Assembly: GCA_036785375.1 (NCBI GenBank)
Contig: JAWMAR010000015.1
Location: 5,084,001-5,148,000 of the forward strand
Source of the DNA: Leucoraja ocellata
Lineage: Eukaryota
Direction: 5' to 3'
Length of the DNA stretch: 64,000 nucleotides
Shown one piece after another: positions 11,955 to 23,627 of the stretch (position 1 is its first letter; each line of letters begins with the position of its first letter). The notes beneath the pieces are model-generated. The model was not told the DNA's origin. It made no database searches and saw nothing but the letters and a program-made list of their open reading frames with translations. Both the position numbers and the translations under genes were made by a program.

Positions 11955-13139
11955 ATAAGAATAAAACAAGATGGATCACCTGTCATTGTATTGGATTTCA
12001 CACAAACAGACCCAGTCTAATCATCTTGCAAAGTGCTTTTCCTCGTCTGTGAATTGGGGGAAGAGTCACATAGACTGTAATCTTGGATACACTCTCAATC
12101 ATATTTTACAGCCAACATCCCACATTCCTCAATCTCCATCCTTTATTATGTCTTGGCCCATTAGCAGGACAGATCCACAGAGATGATGATACCATGGTTT
12201 ATTGTTCAGAAAGGATTGGATCTGGGTGGACAGTGGCAGAGTTGTACCCTGAATATGAACACTTGTGCCTTGACGCATTCCCCTCTCTGGCAAGACGATT
12301 AAGTCATGATGACTAACCCAGACCTACAGAGGAGTGAAGAAACCTCTTCTAGGAGCAACACGAGGGGCACCTAACACTGAACGTTCAGCCCAGTGCACCA
12401 TCAGATGTGGGTACTAAGCAGCACAGACACATGTTATACACAGCCAGCAGATCAGATCAAAAACCTACAGGACTGATACATGAATGGAACTGGACAATTA
12501 AACTGCTGAGGAGATGCAACCAGCAACTCCAACCTCAACAGTTGCAGAGCTCAGAACGTGTGTGTGGAAGAGAATGCTGGATGGAGAATGGACTGCCCAC
12601 CTAACTTCTCCTGATATCTGCGTGGTCAGGAAACCTGATTTTGAAGTTCAGAAAAGCAGAGGCCCAGGTCACCGGAGGTTATTACTAATCTGAAGAGATT
12701 CAACGAGGTTGAATAGTAAGAAGCTATTTCCACATGTGGAGAGTTCAAGGTTTATAATGTGAAGCTCAGTATCTTTGGGAGTAGTTGAGAGAAATTACGA
12801 TAGGTGCGATGAAGGGAATTGAGTTTCACGGTTGAGGGATCTCAGTTGCATTAGTTTGTCCTCCACAAAGCAAAGAAGGTTGAAAGGAAGTTTAACAGAG
12901 ATTTACAAGATCCCGAAAGGATAAGCAGAAGGAAAGTGCTTTCCGTGATGGATCATTCAAGGGGAACAATAATTGGCGGAGATTTTGTGCCTATGGAAGT
13001 AAAGCTGAAGAGATCGGATTACTCCACATGGAGTTCTATATGTACTTAATTAGCCTCCATCTCTCTGGGATGGTCCTATGATTCCACTGGTGGGAGGAGG
13101 TCTTTATACAGCACAAGCCTGAGGTTGAAGGGTTTGCTT

Positions 13140-13398
13140 CCACCAAGATGCATTACAGAACGCCACAGGATTTCCTTTTTCCCTGTGGCTATCAAACTGT
13201 GCAACTCCTCCCCTTTTTATCATGGGGTAGAATAATTCCCCCCCCCCCCCCCCCCCCCCCACCTCCCATAACATTTTTGCACATCTTTAAACCTTTCCAC
13301 TCGTCTAATTTCATGATGCATCTTGTGTTTTACCACTGTTGGCAGATCGATTTCCCTCCTGGGATGAATAAAGTTCTATCGTATCGCATGGCATCGTA
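13140..13398 (+). mobile_element. Rex1/Babar-type 3' end with C-run and (TATCG)-like tail
   Basis: Homologous to 52360-52619 and 17905-18030. Confidence 0.65.
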
Positions 13399-13921
13399 AC
13401 TTCCACGGGACTTTGATCAGTCCCCTTGTGCAGTATTAGGCTGAGGAAACTCCAGCCCTCAGCCCTTCCTGCACCAGCACTGACAAATATACTGCATGAG
13501 GCTGGAGAGGGTGATGAGTGTGAATCGGGGAATGTGTGAGCATGCGTTGCCAAGCAGATGAAAACCCTCCCGATGTGTACAGTTGGGCGGGGGGGGGGGG
13601 GGGGGGGGCAACAGCATTTGCGATCCACTTTACTCCGGCCCTTCCAGACTCGCAAATCAAGCAGCTCATACAGTCACACTGCTCTGTCGGGTTTAATTAG
13701 AGGCTAATTATTCAAAGCTAATTCCTTGCGGCCAAGTACCTTATGCAAATTTGTTAATTTTAATCTTTAACTGAAGGGCAGCAAACAGAAACTGCTGATA
13801 TGATTTCATTAGTTTATAATTCACATTTCCCTTCTCATTCAGGCCTTTGTCCTATGAATTTCAAACTCCTGCTCATCGCAGGCCACGTCAGATTTTATTA
13901 CTTTAACTATTCTCTGACCTT

Positions 13922-13987
13922 CAATGCAGCTCGTAACTCCACTTGGTACACTTACAATGCAGCTCGTAACTCCACTTGGTACACTTA
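13922..13987. repeat. Perfect 33-bp tandem duplication
   Basis: caatgcagctcgtaactccacttggtacactta x2. Confidence 0.95.
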
Positions 13988-14079
13988 CTTAAGTTCTGAA
14001 TGAAACTTACAGTTGAATCACTCAGGGCACCTAGTGCTATGCAACATTAACCGTCCCTTGAAGAGCAATCACCTTTGTT

Positions 14080-14210
14080 TAGGAAGGAACTGCAGATGCT
14101 GGATTGTACCGAAGATGGCCACAAAGTACTGGAGTAACTTCGCTGGTCAGGCAGCATCTCTGGAGAAAAGGAATAGGTGATGTTTCAGGTCGGAACCCTT
14201 CTTCAGACTC
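14080..14210 (-). mobile_element. Short PLE-terminus element
   Basis: aggaaggaactgcagatgctgg...tgtttcaggtcggaacccttcttcagac. Confidence 0.8.
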
Positions 14211-14942
14211 TTTATCTTTCCCTTTGTTTGGCAGCTTGTGTTTATGTTCATAAGTTCATATGTTCCAGGAGCAGAATCAGGCCATTCGGCCCATCAAGTC
14301 TACTCCACCATTTAAACACTCTCTCAACTCCATTCTCCTGCCGTACAGACTAAGCATTTGTATTAACCTGCCAGAAAACGTAGTATACCATCTTTGGTTT
14401 TGGTAGTTCCTCATAAGGTCATAAGTGATAGGAACAGAATCAGGCCAATCGGCCCATCAGATCTTCTCTGCCATTCAATGATGGCTAATCTATCTTTCCT
14501 TCCTAACCCCATTCTCCTGTCTTCTCCCCATAACTCATGACACGAGTCTGTCAGGAAGGACTTGCTTCCACTGTGGATTCTAAGGCCAGTATGGAGGCCA
14601 CATATTCTGCCGCAGCTGGGCTAGGAGGTGCTCCATATGGCGGGCATGTAGTTTTGGTGGTGGTGCACTCCCTGCCATGCCTGATGGACATCCATTGGCT
14701 CCCGACAAAGGCTCTCTGTGCCCTTCCATTTTGATTAGTCACACTGTCACGAGTTGGTGAAGGTGTTACATTACGTCAAGGAGACACTGAGAACATCCTC
14801 AAATGGCTTTCCTGGTGATCTCTTCCCAAGGCAGAGATAACCATTGGTGTAGGTCGAGAGCTAAATAGAGTCTTGACGCTGAAAATATTGGCCTGGGAGG
14901 GTGAAGATATTGGTTCGCTTAGACTTCTAGCGCTTTTGGAGA

Positions 14943-15033
14943 AGACACAAGGAGCTGGAGTAACTCAGCAGGTCAGGCAGCACCCCTGGAAAACATGAAT
15001 AGGTGACGTTTCGGGTCGGGACCCTTCTTCAGA
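14943..15033 (-). mobile_element. Short PLE-terminus element with intact hammerhead-like core
   Basis: Reverse complement reads CTGAAGA-A-GGGT-CCCG-ACCC-GAAACGTC. Confidence 0.8.
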
Positions 15034-16646
15034 TACCAAGCAGACAGCTTCGGAATGTTTTTCCCGAACCTTGAAGCATTTCCTGAAGGCAGTCCATGCC
15101 TCCAAAGCTTACAGTTTGACCTCCTGTTTTCTGTGCACTCTTGTCCTCAGACGACCAAGGACTGGATTGCACATTGAAGAGAATGGCGAATTTCATTAGC
15201 AATTATTTTCTTTGCTAAGAAGAGTTTCCCCAGAAAATATAACGTCCAATTTCTTCCAGCGTCCAGTAATGCACACATAATTGTGGGGTGGGGGCCAGGA
15301 TGCTGCCTGTCCCGCTGAGCTACGCCAGCTTTTTGTGCCTACCTTTGGAATTACCTCGACTGGAGCAGGAAGTTGCTTTGAAAGTGAGGTGGAATGAAGA
15401 GGATTAAAATAAATTATGTGGTGATGCCAGTGCCTTATATGACCCCCTAACTGCAACTAGATTTGGCCCTATGGTGAATCCATAATCCATTGAAGGGGCG
15501 ACACGGTGGTGCAGCAGTAGAGTTGTTGCCTGTAGACCCGGGTTTGATCCCGACTACAAGTGCTGTCTGTATGGATAGAAAATACAAATAGAAAATAGAG
15601 TAAAACAAATTACGCAAATAAAAAACCGCGCAAACTGGAAGATCACAAGATCAGAGTTTTAGCTGTGTAATATGGAGATAGAGATAGATAGAAGATAGAT
15701 ACTTCTGCCTGTTAACCTTCTGATCGGCCAATAAATCTGAAGGGCTGCAGTCTTGTGGGAAGATCAATTCGCTGACGTAAAGTAAATTAAATCAGGGCAA
15801 CTGAAGGCCTGGAATGTAACATAAATTCCACTAAGTTAAGTCTTTCACAGTCGGGGTCCATTCAAGGACTCGGTTTAAAAGAAACGCATTACTGTTCGGT
15901 GAATTGAAGTTGAGTAATGTGTATTTAGGATTGATGAGAAGGTTAATCCAGGATTTTGATGGCATCATTAGCAGTGAAAATGCAATTTGAGCACTTCAGA
16001 TCTGTCAGCCTAATTCCAAAATTAAGGTATCCTGCTATGTTTTACGGCCGAAAACAGAAGAAAGAAACATAGAAGGAAAAGAAAAAATCACGCATTGTGT
16101 GAATGGTGTGGCAGGCCTTCACTGGAGACTTCAATATGGAAAGAACAGCCATTCTCCTCTCCTCCTCCCCCTGCTCCCCTCTTGTGAAATCACCGTATGT
16201 TGTCCTCATTGACTCCACCGATGTGACCATCCTCCAATGCCTCACCAACACGGAGATCGCTCTTCCTGCCAATTATGAAGTCACCACGGAAATAGACCCT
16301 CCGGCCCATCTCGTCCAGCAACGATCATGGTACCCCATCTAAGTTTGTTCCATTTGCCTGCATTTGCCCCATATCCTTCTAAGCCTTTCCTATCCATGTA
16401 CCTGTCCAAGTGTTAGATGCTGTAAGAATACCTGCCTCAACTACCTCCTCTGCCAGCTTGTTCCATATACCCATCCAAGTTGTTTAGCTCAATCACATCA
16501 CGAACATGGCAATCTTGATCCTAACCGCACAGCAGACATCATACAGAAAAGGATCCTGTCTGACCTCCCTTCTCCGTTGTTGTATCCCTAATATATCAAT
16601 CCCAAATACATGTTACTCAACTTCAATTCACTAATCAGTAGTGCAC

Positions 16647-17179
16647 GGGCCGCACAGTGACGCAGCAGTGCAGTTGCTACCTTACAGCGCCAGTGACACA
16701 GGTTTAATCCTGACTACGGGTGCTGTCTGTACAGAGTTTGTACGTTCTACATATGACCGTGTGGGTTTCCCCCGGGTGCTCTGGTTTCATCGCACACTCC
16801 AAAGATGTACAGGTTTGTAGGTTAATTGACTTTGATAAAAATTATAAATAGTCCCTAGTTGTAGGATTGCGCTAGTGTGCAGGGATCGCTGGTCAGCACG
16901 GACAAGGTGGACAGTAGACAATAGACAATAGGTGCAGGAGTAGGCCATTCGGCCCTTCGAGCCAGCACCGCCATTCAATGTGATCATGGCTGATCATCCC
17001 CAATCAGTACCCCGTTCCTGCCTTCTCCCCATATCCCCTGACTCTGCTATCTTTAAGAGCCCTATCTAGCTCTCTCTTGAAAGCATCCAGATAACCTGCC
17101 TCCACCGCCCTCCGAGGCAGAGGGCCTGTTTCTGCGCTGCATCTCTAAACTATACTAAACTAAACTAAACTAAACTAAA
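16647..17179 (+). mobile_element. HE1-type V-SINE interrupted near its tail by an antisense CR1 3' fragment (~16912-17120)
   Basis: SINE tail resumes at agggcctgtttctgcgctg; the insert carries agacaatagacaataggtgcaggagtaggcc. Confidence 0.85.
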
Positions 17180-17264
17180 TATTGGCTTGGCCTGACTGAT
17201 TTCAGCACTGGAATTAGCATATAGTTGTGATACTAAAGGAACCAGTGGATTTAAAAAAAAAGAC

Positions 17265-17663
17265 TATTTGCTTCCATAACAACATGCAAATTCTGGCACA
17301 GAAAGATCCCACACAAGCAAAATCGAACAATGTGGTTCCTGAAGAAGAAAGCTGTTTTTGCAATAATGCATCAGGGGGGGACAGTAGTAGCCAAGACTAT
17401 GAGAGCTCAGCCAATCTCTGTCAAAATGAACAATGGAATGGACAATAGTCTGAAGAAGGGTCTCGATGCAAAACGTCATTCATTCCTTCTCTCCAGAGAT
17501 GCTGCCTGTCTCGCTGAGTTACTCCAGCATTTTGTGTCTATATTTAATGGAATCTTTTATGTCCACCCAAATGTTGACACAGCTGCAGTGCAGTGTAAGG
17601 ACTGGCGTGCAATGGGTGCTTGATGGGTTGGTGCAGACTTGGGCTGAATGGCCTGTTCCCGCC

Positions 17664-17700
<37 letters not shown>

Positions 17701-17830
17701 ACTCCACCACACCTCTGCAGTGCTGTATTGTGAGTGAGTGCCAGATTAAATTAGCCGATCACTTCGCGGAAGTGGGACCTGATTCATAACCTTCTGATTC
17801 AGAGGCAAGAGTTCAACTCATCATGCAACA
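17265..17830 (-). mobile_element. Fragmented Deu-domain SINE relic with younger insertions
   Basis: aaagatcccacacaagc, atggaatcttttatgtccacc, and tRNA-head-like gtgggacctgattcataaccttctgattcagaggcaagag; PLE piece inserted at 17447-17542. Confidence 0.5.
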
Positions 17831-19377
17831 ACTAACAACTTAGCACCCATCTGAAGAGGTCACTTCAATGTTCATCAGGGTATTTGCCAAGAGAGTTTGT
17901 ATCCTTTCCATTCGTCACTTTAATTTCATGTTTCATGTATTTTGTGTTTTTATGAATGAATGTTGGCAGATCAATTTCCCTCCTGGGATAAATAAAGTTC
18001 TATCAGATCATATTGTATCGTATCGTATCACTGCACAATAATCAACTGGTTAGCAACCAATAACTGAGAAGCTATTGTACATAGCTAGAGATGAGAACTC
18101 AAAGAGCAGCCAGTGTGGTGAACTCTGCATAAGAGAGCAGGGATGAGCCTGGCCAATTGCTCCACTATTCACGGGAGCTGGGGTCTGAATTAGACCCTAC
18201 CAGTCTCCACCACTGCCTTTCCAACAAAATAGCCATCTCAGCTGGGCAACGTCAATCTCAAACTCCATTTACAACAAGCAGTTGATGAATTTTCATGGGC
18301 TGGTTTGTCTGGAGCTTTCACTGGAGTGAGCTGCCCTTTCCCCCACACTTTTTTCTCCTGCTTTTAAATCCATCATTTAAATGCAGAAGGTGACACCCAC
18401 CGTCCCCACTCCCTGACTACTCGAGACCCCAGCATACTCCCAGAAAATAGTACTATTTGGCGCATTATGGAAGTCCTTCTGTTAAAGTTTTAAGGAAAAA
18501 TTTGTACTCAGCTGAAGTATACAAGCGACAAAGACCTCCACCTGACTGAGCAGATCCAGTGAATCTCTACAGCTGACCTAGCAGCACCTTGGTGAATTAA
18601 ACCATTTGCTTAAAAGCCATGAGCGGTGCCGTCACATTTTAATGCTGTTAAAAGTTGAACTTTTATGTAAATTGCACTGGCTGCACTGTGTGAAAAGAAC
18701 CATTTTTAAAACATAATTGTGCAACTGATTCTATGTTTTTAACTATCACTGGGGGTGGAGATGAGGAAGGCGTGTTGCAAGCCACACATCATTATTTCTC
18801 TGGGTCAGAGCAGATCGCCTGCAGAGACTTAATGGCAATTCCAACAAATATGCCCACATGGCATCTCAATTATTTGGGAAATTCGTGACCATCATTTTCA
18901 TAGGTTCCACTGCAAAATATCTGGGAACTACATTTTACATTGATAAATGCTTATTTTTTTTTCTGCAGTTTAAAGAAAATAGTATTAAACTGCACGCCTG
19001 ATTACTGTAACATTCCACAAGGCCTCCCAATAGCAGTTTACAGTTGCCCTGTAATCACCGATCCTCAATGCCTTGCCATCAAATAATCTAGATTTCTGAT
19101 CGACTTTGAGATCATATTTCCTTTGAGATATTTTTTTGATGAAACGTTGAAACGTAGAAACATAGGAAGTAGGTGCAGGAGTAGGCCATTTGGCCCTTCG
19201 AGCCAGCACCGCCATTCAATATAATCATGGCTGATGATTCAGAATCAGTATCCTGTTCCTGCATTTTCTCCATTTCCCTTGATTCCGTTAGCCCTAAGAG
19301 CTAAATCTAACTCTCTCTTACTCTCTCTTGAATACATCGAAAGAGGGTAAAGGGTTACTTGATAGAATGGATAATTT

Positions 19378-19930
19378 TTAGAGTTTAGACTACATAGAAT
19401 ACAGCGCAGAAACAGGCCATTTGGCCCACCAAGTCCGTGTCCACCAACATCACATACACTAGCATTACCCGACACTGAGGATAATTTACAATTTACAATT
19501 TACAAAAGCCAATTCACTTACACAAAATGCTGGAAAACTCCGCAGGACTAGCAGCATCTCTGGAGAGAAGGAATGGGTGAAGTTCTGGGTCGAGACCCGT
19601 CTTCACACTTCAGTCGTCCCAGTCTGAAGAAGGGTCTCGACCCGAAACGTCAACCATTCCTTCTCTCCAGAGATGCTGCCTGTCCAGCTGAGTTACTCCA
19701 GCATTTTTTCTCTATCCAGTGTAAACCAGCATCTGCAGTTCCTTCCTACCAATCAACTTAAAAATCTGCATGACTTTGGAGTGTGGGAGGAAACCAGAGC
19801 ACCCGGAGAAAACCCACGTGGTCTCAGGGAGAATTGTATAAACTCCGTATAGACAGCATCCGTAGTCAGAATCCAACCTGGGTCTCTTGGGCAATAAAGC
19901 AGCAACACTAACACTGCACTACTGTGCCAC
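19378..19930 (-). mobile_element. HE1-type V-SINE interrupted by an inverted PLE-terminus pair
   Basis: Tail at 19378-19520 and head at 19750-19930 flank the insert. Confidence 0.8.
19521..19750. mobile_element. Inverted pair of PLE-terminus elements; + arm with intact hammerhead-like core
   Basis: ~19525-19609 is the reverse complement of ~19621-19708; CTGAAGA-A-GGGT-CTCG-ACCC-GAAACGTC at 19624-19651. Confidence 0.85.
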
Positions 19931-21281
19931 CCCCCCCCCCCCCCCCCCCCCGCCAATGAGTTGGTAAAATATCAGAGAGCTTTAGCTCAGTGAACCAAAT
20001 GAGCCGGAGCTTCTAGGTATGTGTAACAATCCTTAAAGCATAGAACATTCTGCTCTCTCTTATCCTCATTAGACTTTGATGGATTAAAAATAAGTCTTGA
20101 TTAGGTCTGTACATTCACTTGAACTAATGTCTTGTGTAATCCCTTCAACCAATAGTGTAATGTGAGCATCTGCTTCTCAGCAACGTACCAAGTTCATAAA
20201 TAGTCCACAACATTCAGCTTGCACAAATAGTTTGAAGACTCAACACGCAAAAGTGAAGTTTCCTGCCTCATAAGTAAACCCCCATAACTTTGGATATATT
20301 CAATGTTCAATTCATTCCTGCCAACCATCACAGTAACGATCCAACATTGCCTCAGTGCTGGCGGCTGGGGATCAAGTGGATGGAGCACAGTTTAAGGCAT
20401 GACCTTATTGAATAGTGGAGCAGACCCAAGAGACCAACTCTAACTTGTATTGCTTAAGTTTTATGTGTAGATTTATAGTGTGTTTAACTCTTTATTGACA
20501 CAGGCAAAACTGGGGCCTTGTGTTATTTAGTGAAATACCCAGTCATTTCATATCTTCTCCACCATTGTAGTTTCTGAAATGTTAGTGTTTAAATGTTAAA
20601 TTACCATACAGTCAGCGATGCGTACAGCGTGGAAACAGGCCCTTCGGCCCAACTTGCCATGGCAACCAGCATGTCCCATCTACAGTAGTCCCACCTGCCT
20701 GCATTTGGCCCATATCCCACTAAGCCTACCTAGTCCCTGCCTCAACTACCTCCTCCAGCTGTTTGTTTCATACACCCACCGCCCTTTGTGTAAAAAAGTT
20801 ACCCCTCAGGTTCTCATTAAATCATCTCGCCTCCTCACCTGAACCTACGTCCTCTGGTTCTGATTCTCTACCATGTACAACCTAACTACACAGACACTGT
20901 AAAGCTGGATTTCTTATATTCAGCGTTTTTGTTCAACCCGTGGAGTAGATTTCGAGCCCTTCTCTACAACTGCTTGTCTGCAAAGCAATCTTTTTGTTCT
21001 ATTTTCAGCGGGGGCAATTTCTATGCTATAAAAGCTGAAAGTGCAAGAAATACACAGCGGGTCAGATAGGATCTGTGGAGAAAGAAACAAAACGGCAAAT
21101 GTTTTTAGATCAATGACCTGCCATTAGATTAACCAATTAATGTCTTTTGACCTGATGCTTAACTCTGGTTTTTTTTTTTCATTCAATAAGTTACACCTAC
21201 AAAGTATTTCTAACATTTCTGTTTTAATTTGGGCAGCACAATGGCACAGGGGGAGAGTTGCTGCCTTACAGCATCAGACGT

Positions 21282-21334
21282 GGGGTGGAAGATTGCAACC
21301 TTCATGTGGTCCGCCCTGTTTCGACGAATGCTAT
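21282..21334 (+). ncRNA. Predicted minimal HDV/CPEB3-like ribozyme
   Basis: P1 GGGGTGG/CCGCCCT, P2 ATTGCA/TGCTAT, P3 ACC/GGT, L3 TTCATGT, J4/2 CGAA. Confidence 0.7.
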
Positions 21335-21429
21335 CAGCCCGGCGTGCACAATCAAATAAGATCAAATAGAACAAGTTGTCCTACAACTGTAGGCTGTGCA
21401 CACCATACACAAGAAGAAGAAGAAGAAAA
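21282..21429 (+). mobile_element. ~140-bp (GAA)n-tailed short retroelement with 5' HDV-like ribozyme, copy 1
   Basis: Imperfect 9-bp TSD agcatcaga / agcgtcaga (21270-21278, 21430-21438); homologous to 23423-23562 and 59698-59838. Confidence 0.85.
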
Positions 21430-22539
21430 AGCGTCAGAAGTCCAAGCACAATCCTGACTATGGGCGCCTCTGAACGGAGTTTGTACGTACTCCCCATGAC
21501 CTGCGTGGGTTTTCTCTGAGAACTCCGGTTTCCTCCCACACTCCAAAGAAGTACAGGCTTGTAGGTTAATTGGCTTGGTAAAATTGTAAATTGTCCCTAG
21601 TGTGTGTAGAATAGTGTTAGTGCGCGGGGATCGCTAGTCAGCGTGGACTTGGTGGGCTGAAGGGCCTGTTTTTGTGCTATATTTCTTAAGTAAACTAAAC
21701 TAAATGTAGACTTCAGTGTGCAATAAATGCTCCATGGTTCAAGTACCTAGAAATTCACCGAACTATGATATTCCTGGCAGTTTGTGGGAGAACTGAGGGC
21801 TCTATAAACCTGTAAGATGAAATCAGACAGGGGCCGAGCGAGAGAACTGTGTAGTAGCTGAAATTAAACATTCCTTTTCTTCTCTGGGTTCCTGTGGTTT
21901 TTGACTCTCCGCAGAAACTGTGAATTTCACAAGGCTGTAATAACTAGGGCTCCAAAAGTCTGGATTCATCCCCAAGGTCTTTGAAATTTTAAATCGTCAG
22001 ACCTCTGTTGAGTTGAAGACCATTACAAAAGCACTTCAATATGCAAACTAAAAACAGAGTAATTGAAACCCTGCTCCATCATGAAGAACAGTTTGTTTAC
22101 AGAACACCACTTCATCTACAACAATGATACCAATCAACTTAAAAATCTGCACATCTTTGGAGTGTGGGAGTATGCTCAAACCTTCACAGCAGATGAAGAA
22201 AATAAAGAAGTTGGCATGTATTGGAAATTACATTTTCCCACCTGATATGTTTTTCCATAGAAAATAGAGCATCGAACAGTAAAGCAGAGGAACAGATCCA
22301 TTGGTCCACAATGTCCGCGTCAAACACGATGCCAAGTTAAACAAGTCACATTTGTCTGCACATGATCCATATCCTTCCTTTCCCCACTGATCCGTTGTGC
22401 CTAATTAAAAGTCTCTTAAATGCCACTCACATCTGCCTCCACCACCACCCCTGGCAATACGTTGAAATTTATCGAAATATAACTCCATTATAACTTCATG
22501 AATGGATTATTTCCATGTATTCCTCACTTGAAATGTGTA

Positions 22540-22630
22540 TTTGTGTGTGTGTCTGTGTATGTGCATGTGTGTTTGTATCTGTGTGCATGTGTGCATATGT
22601 GCGTATGTGCGCACATGCAAATGTGTGTGG
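22540..22630. repeat. (TG)n-rich alternating purine-pyrimidine microsatellite
   Basis: tgtgtgtgtgtctgtgtatgtgcatgtg... Confidence 0.9.
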
Positions 22631-23184
22631 GTGGTGGGTGGGGGGGGAGGGGTATGGATGGGGTAGCGGGTGTGATGGGTCAGGTGCACACAATCCTGGA
22701 GCCTCATGCAAGAGAGAGATTAAGGTACCCGTTTAAATTTGAGAGTTTTTACAGGCATCATTCTACATTTCGCTTCAGAATTCTAACCATAAATGGCTGG
22801 AAGCTTGATTTGGTTGTCCAAGATTTAAAGTGGGAGCTAAATCTTGGCTGAATGATTCATAATGCTCTCCTATTAGTGGGAGCTCTGGAAGCAGCCTCAT
22901 CAACACTTTCTAATTCTCAATTTCCCTGTACAAAAGGCAGTGTATGCACATTGGGTTAGGATAATATTGGGACTTAGCTGTGATCCTGTCATTAGTCGGC
23001 CTCATTGCCTCGACTCACACAGCTCAAATAATGAAGACCATCTGTGAGCGAAAAGAGGCCAGAAGTGGTGACAGTGGGGGTGGTGCCGGCTAAAATAGGC
23101 TGCTGAAGGGATGTTAACACTGAAAGGTCGCTCCAGGTGAGGTGCAAGTGGAAGGACATTAGAAGGCTCCTGTGCATCAGCGAG

Positions 23185-23385
23185 TATAGCCACTGCCTCC
23201 CCAGGTAGTTTCCCCTGCATCTGCAGGAGATGCAACACCTGTCCTTACACCTCCTCCTTCGACTCCAGCCAGGGACCCCGACAATCCTTTCGGGTGAGAC
23301 AAAGATTCACATGTACCTCCTCCAACCTCATCCACAGCATCTGGTGTTCCCGATGTGGCTCCTGGACATCAGCTAGTACGAAGGT
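23185..23385 (+). pseudogene. Degenerate Penelope GIY-YIG fragment
   Basis: RQRFTCTSSNLIHSIWCSRCG matches RQRFTCISSNLIYCVRCSRC in ORF 57750-58490. Confidence 0.8.
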
Positions 23386-23422
23386 CTGCCAAGGCCTATG
23401 GTATCTCTTGGTTGCTAACCTT

Positions 23423-23562
23423 GGGGTGGAAGATTGCAACCTTCATGTGGTCCGTCCTGTTTCGACTAATACAATCAACTCGACGTGCACAAGCGGAAGA
23501 TCAAATAGAACAAGTTGTCCAACAACTTTAGGCTGTGCACGCCACACACGAAAGAAGAAGAA
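23423..23562 (+). mobile_element. ~140-bp (GAA)n-tailed short retroelement with 5' HDV-like ribozyme, copy 2
   Basis: Perfect 12-bp TSD gttgctaacctt (23411-23422, 23563-23574); element starts exactly at GGGGTGG. Confidence 0.88.
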
Positions 23563-23627
23563 GTTGCTAACCTTTAGACTTTAGTCTTTAGAGATACAGC
23601 GTGAAAACAGGCACTTTAGCCCACTAA

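Larger units (their letters stand above)
21231..21703 (+). mobile_element. HE1-type V-SINE interrupted by a ribozyme-headed element
   Basis: Head resumes after the insert; V-domain and tail present. Confidence 0.85.

Noticed and set aside
21747-21809. 63-nt minus-strand segment with good acceptor and plausible donor
   Set aside because: Stop codons in all three frames; no recognisable peptide
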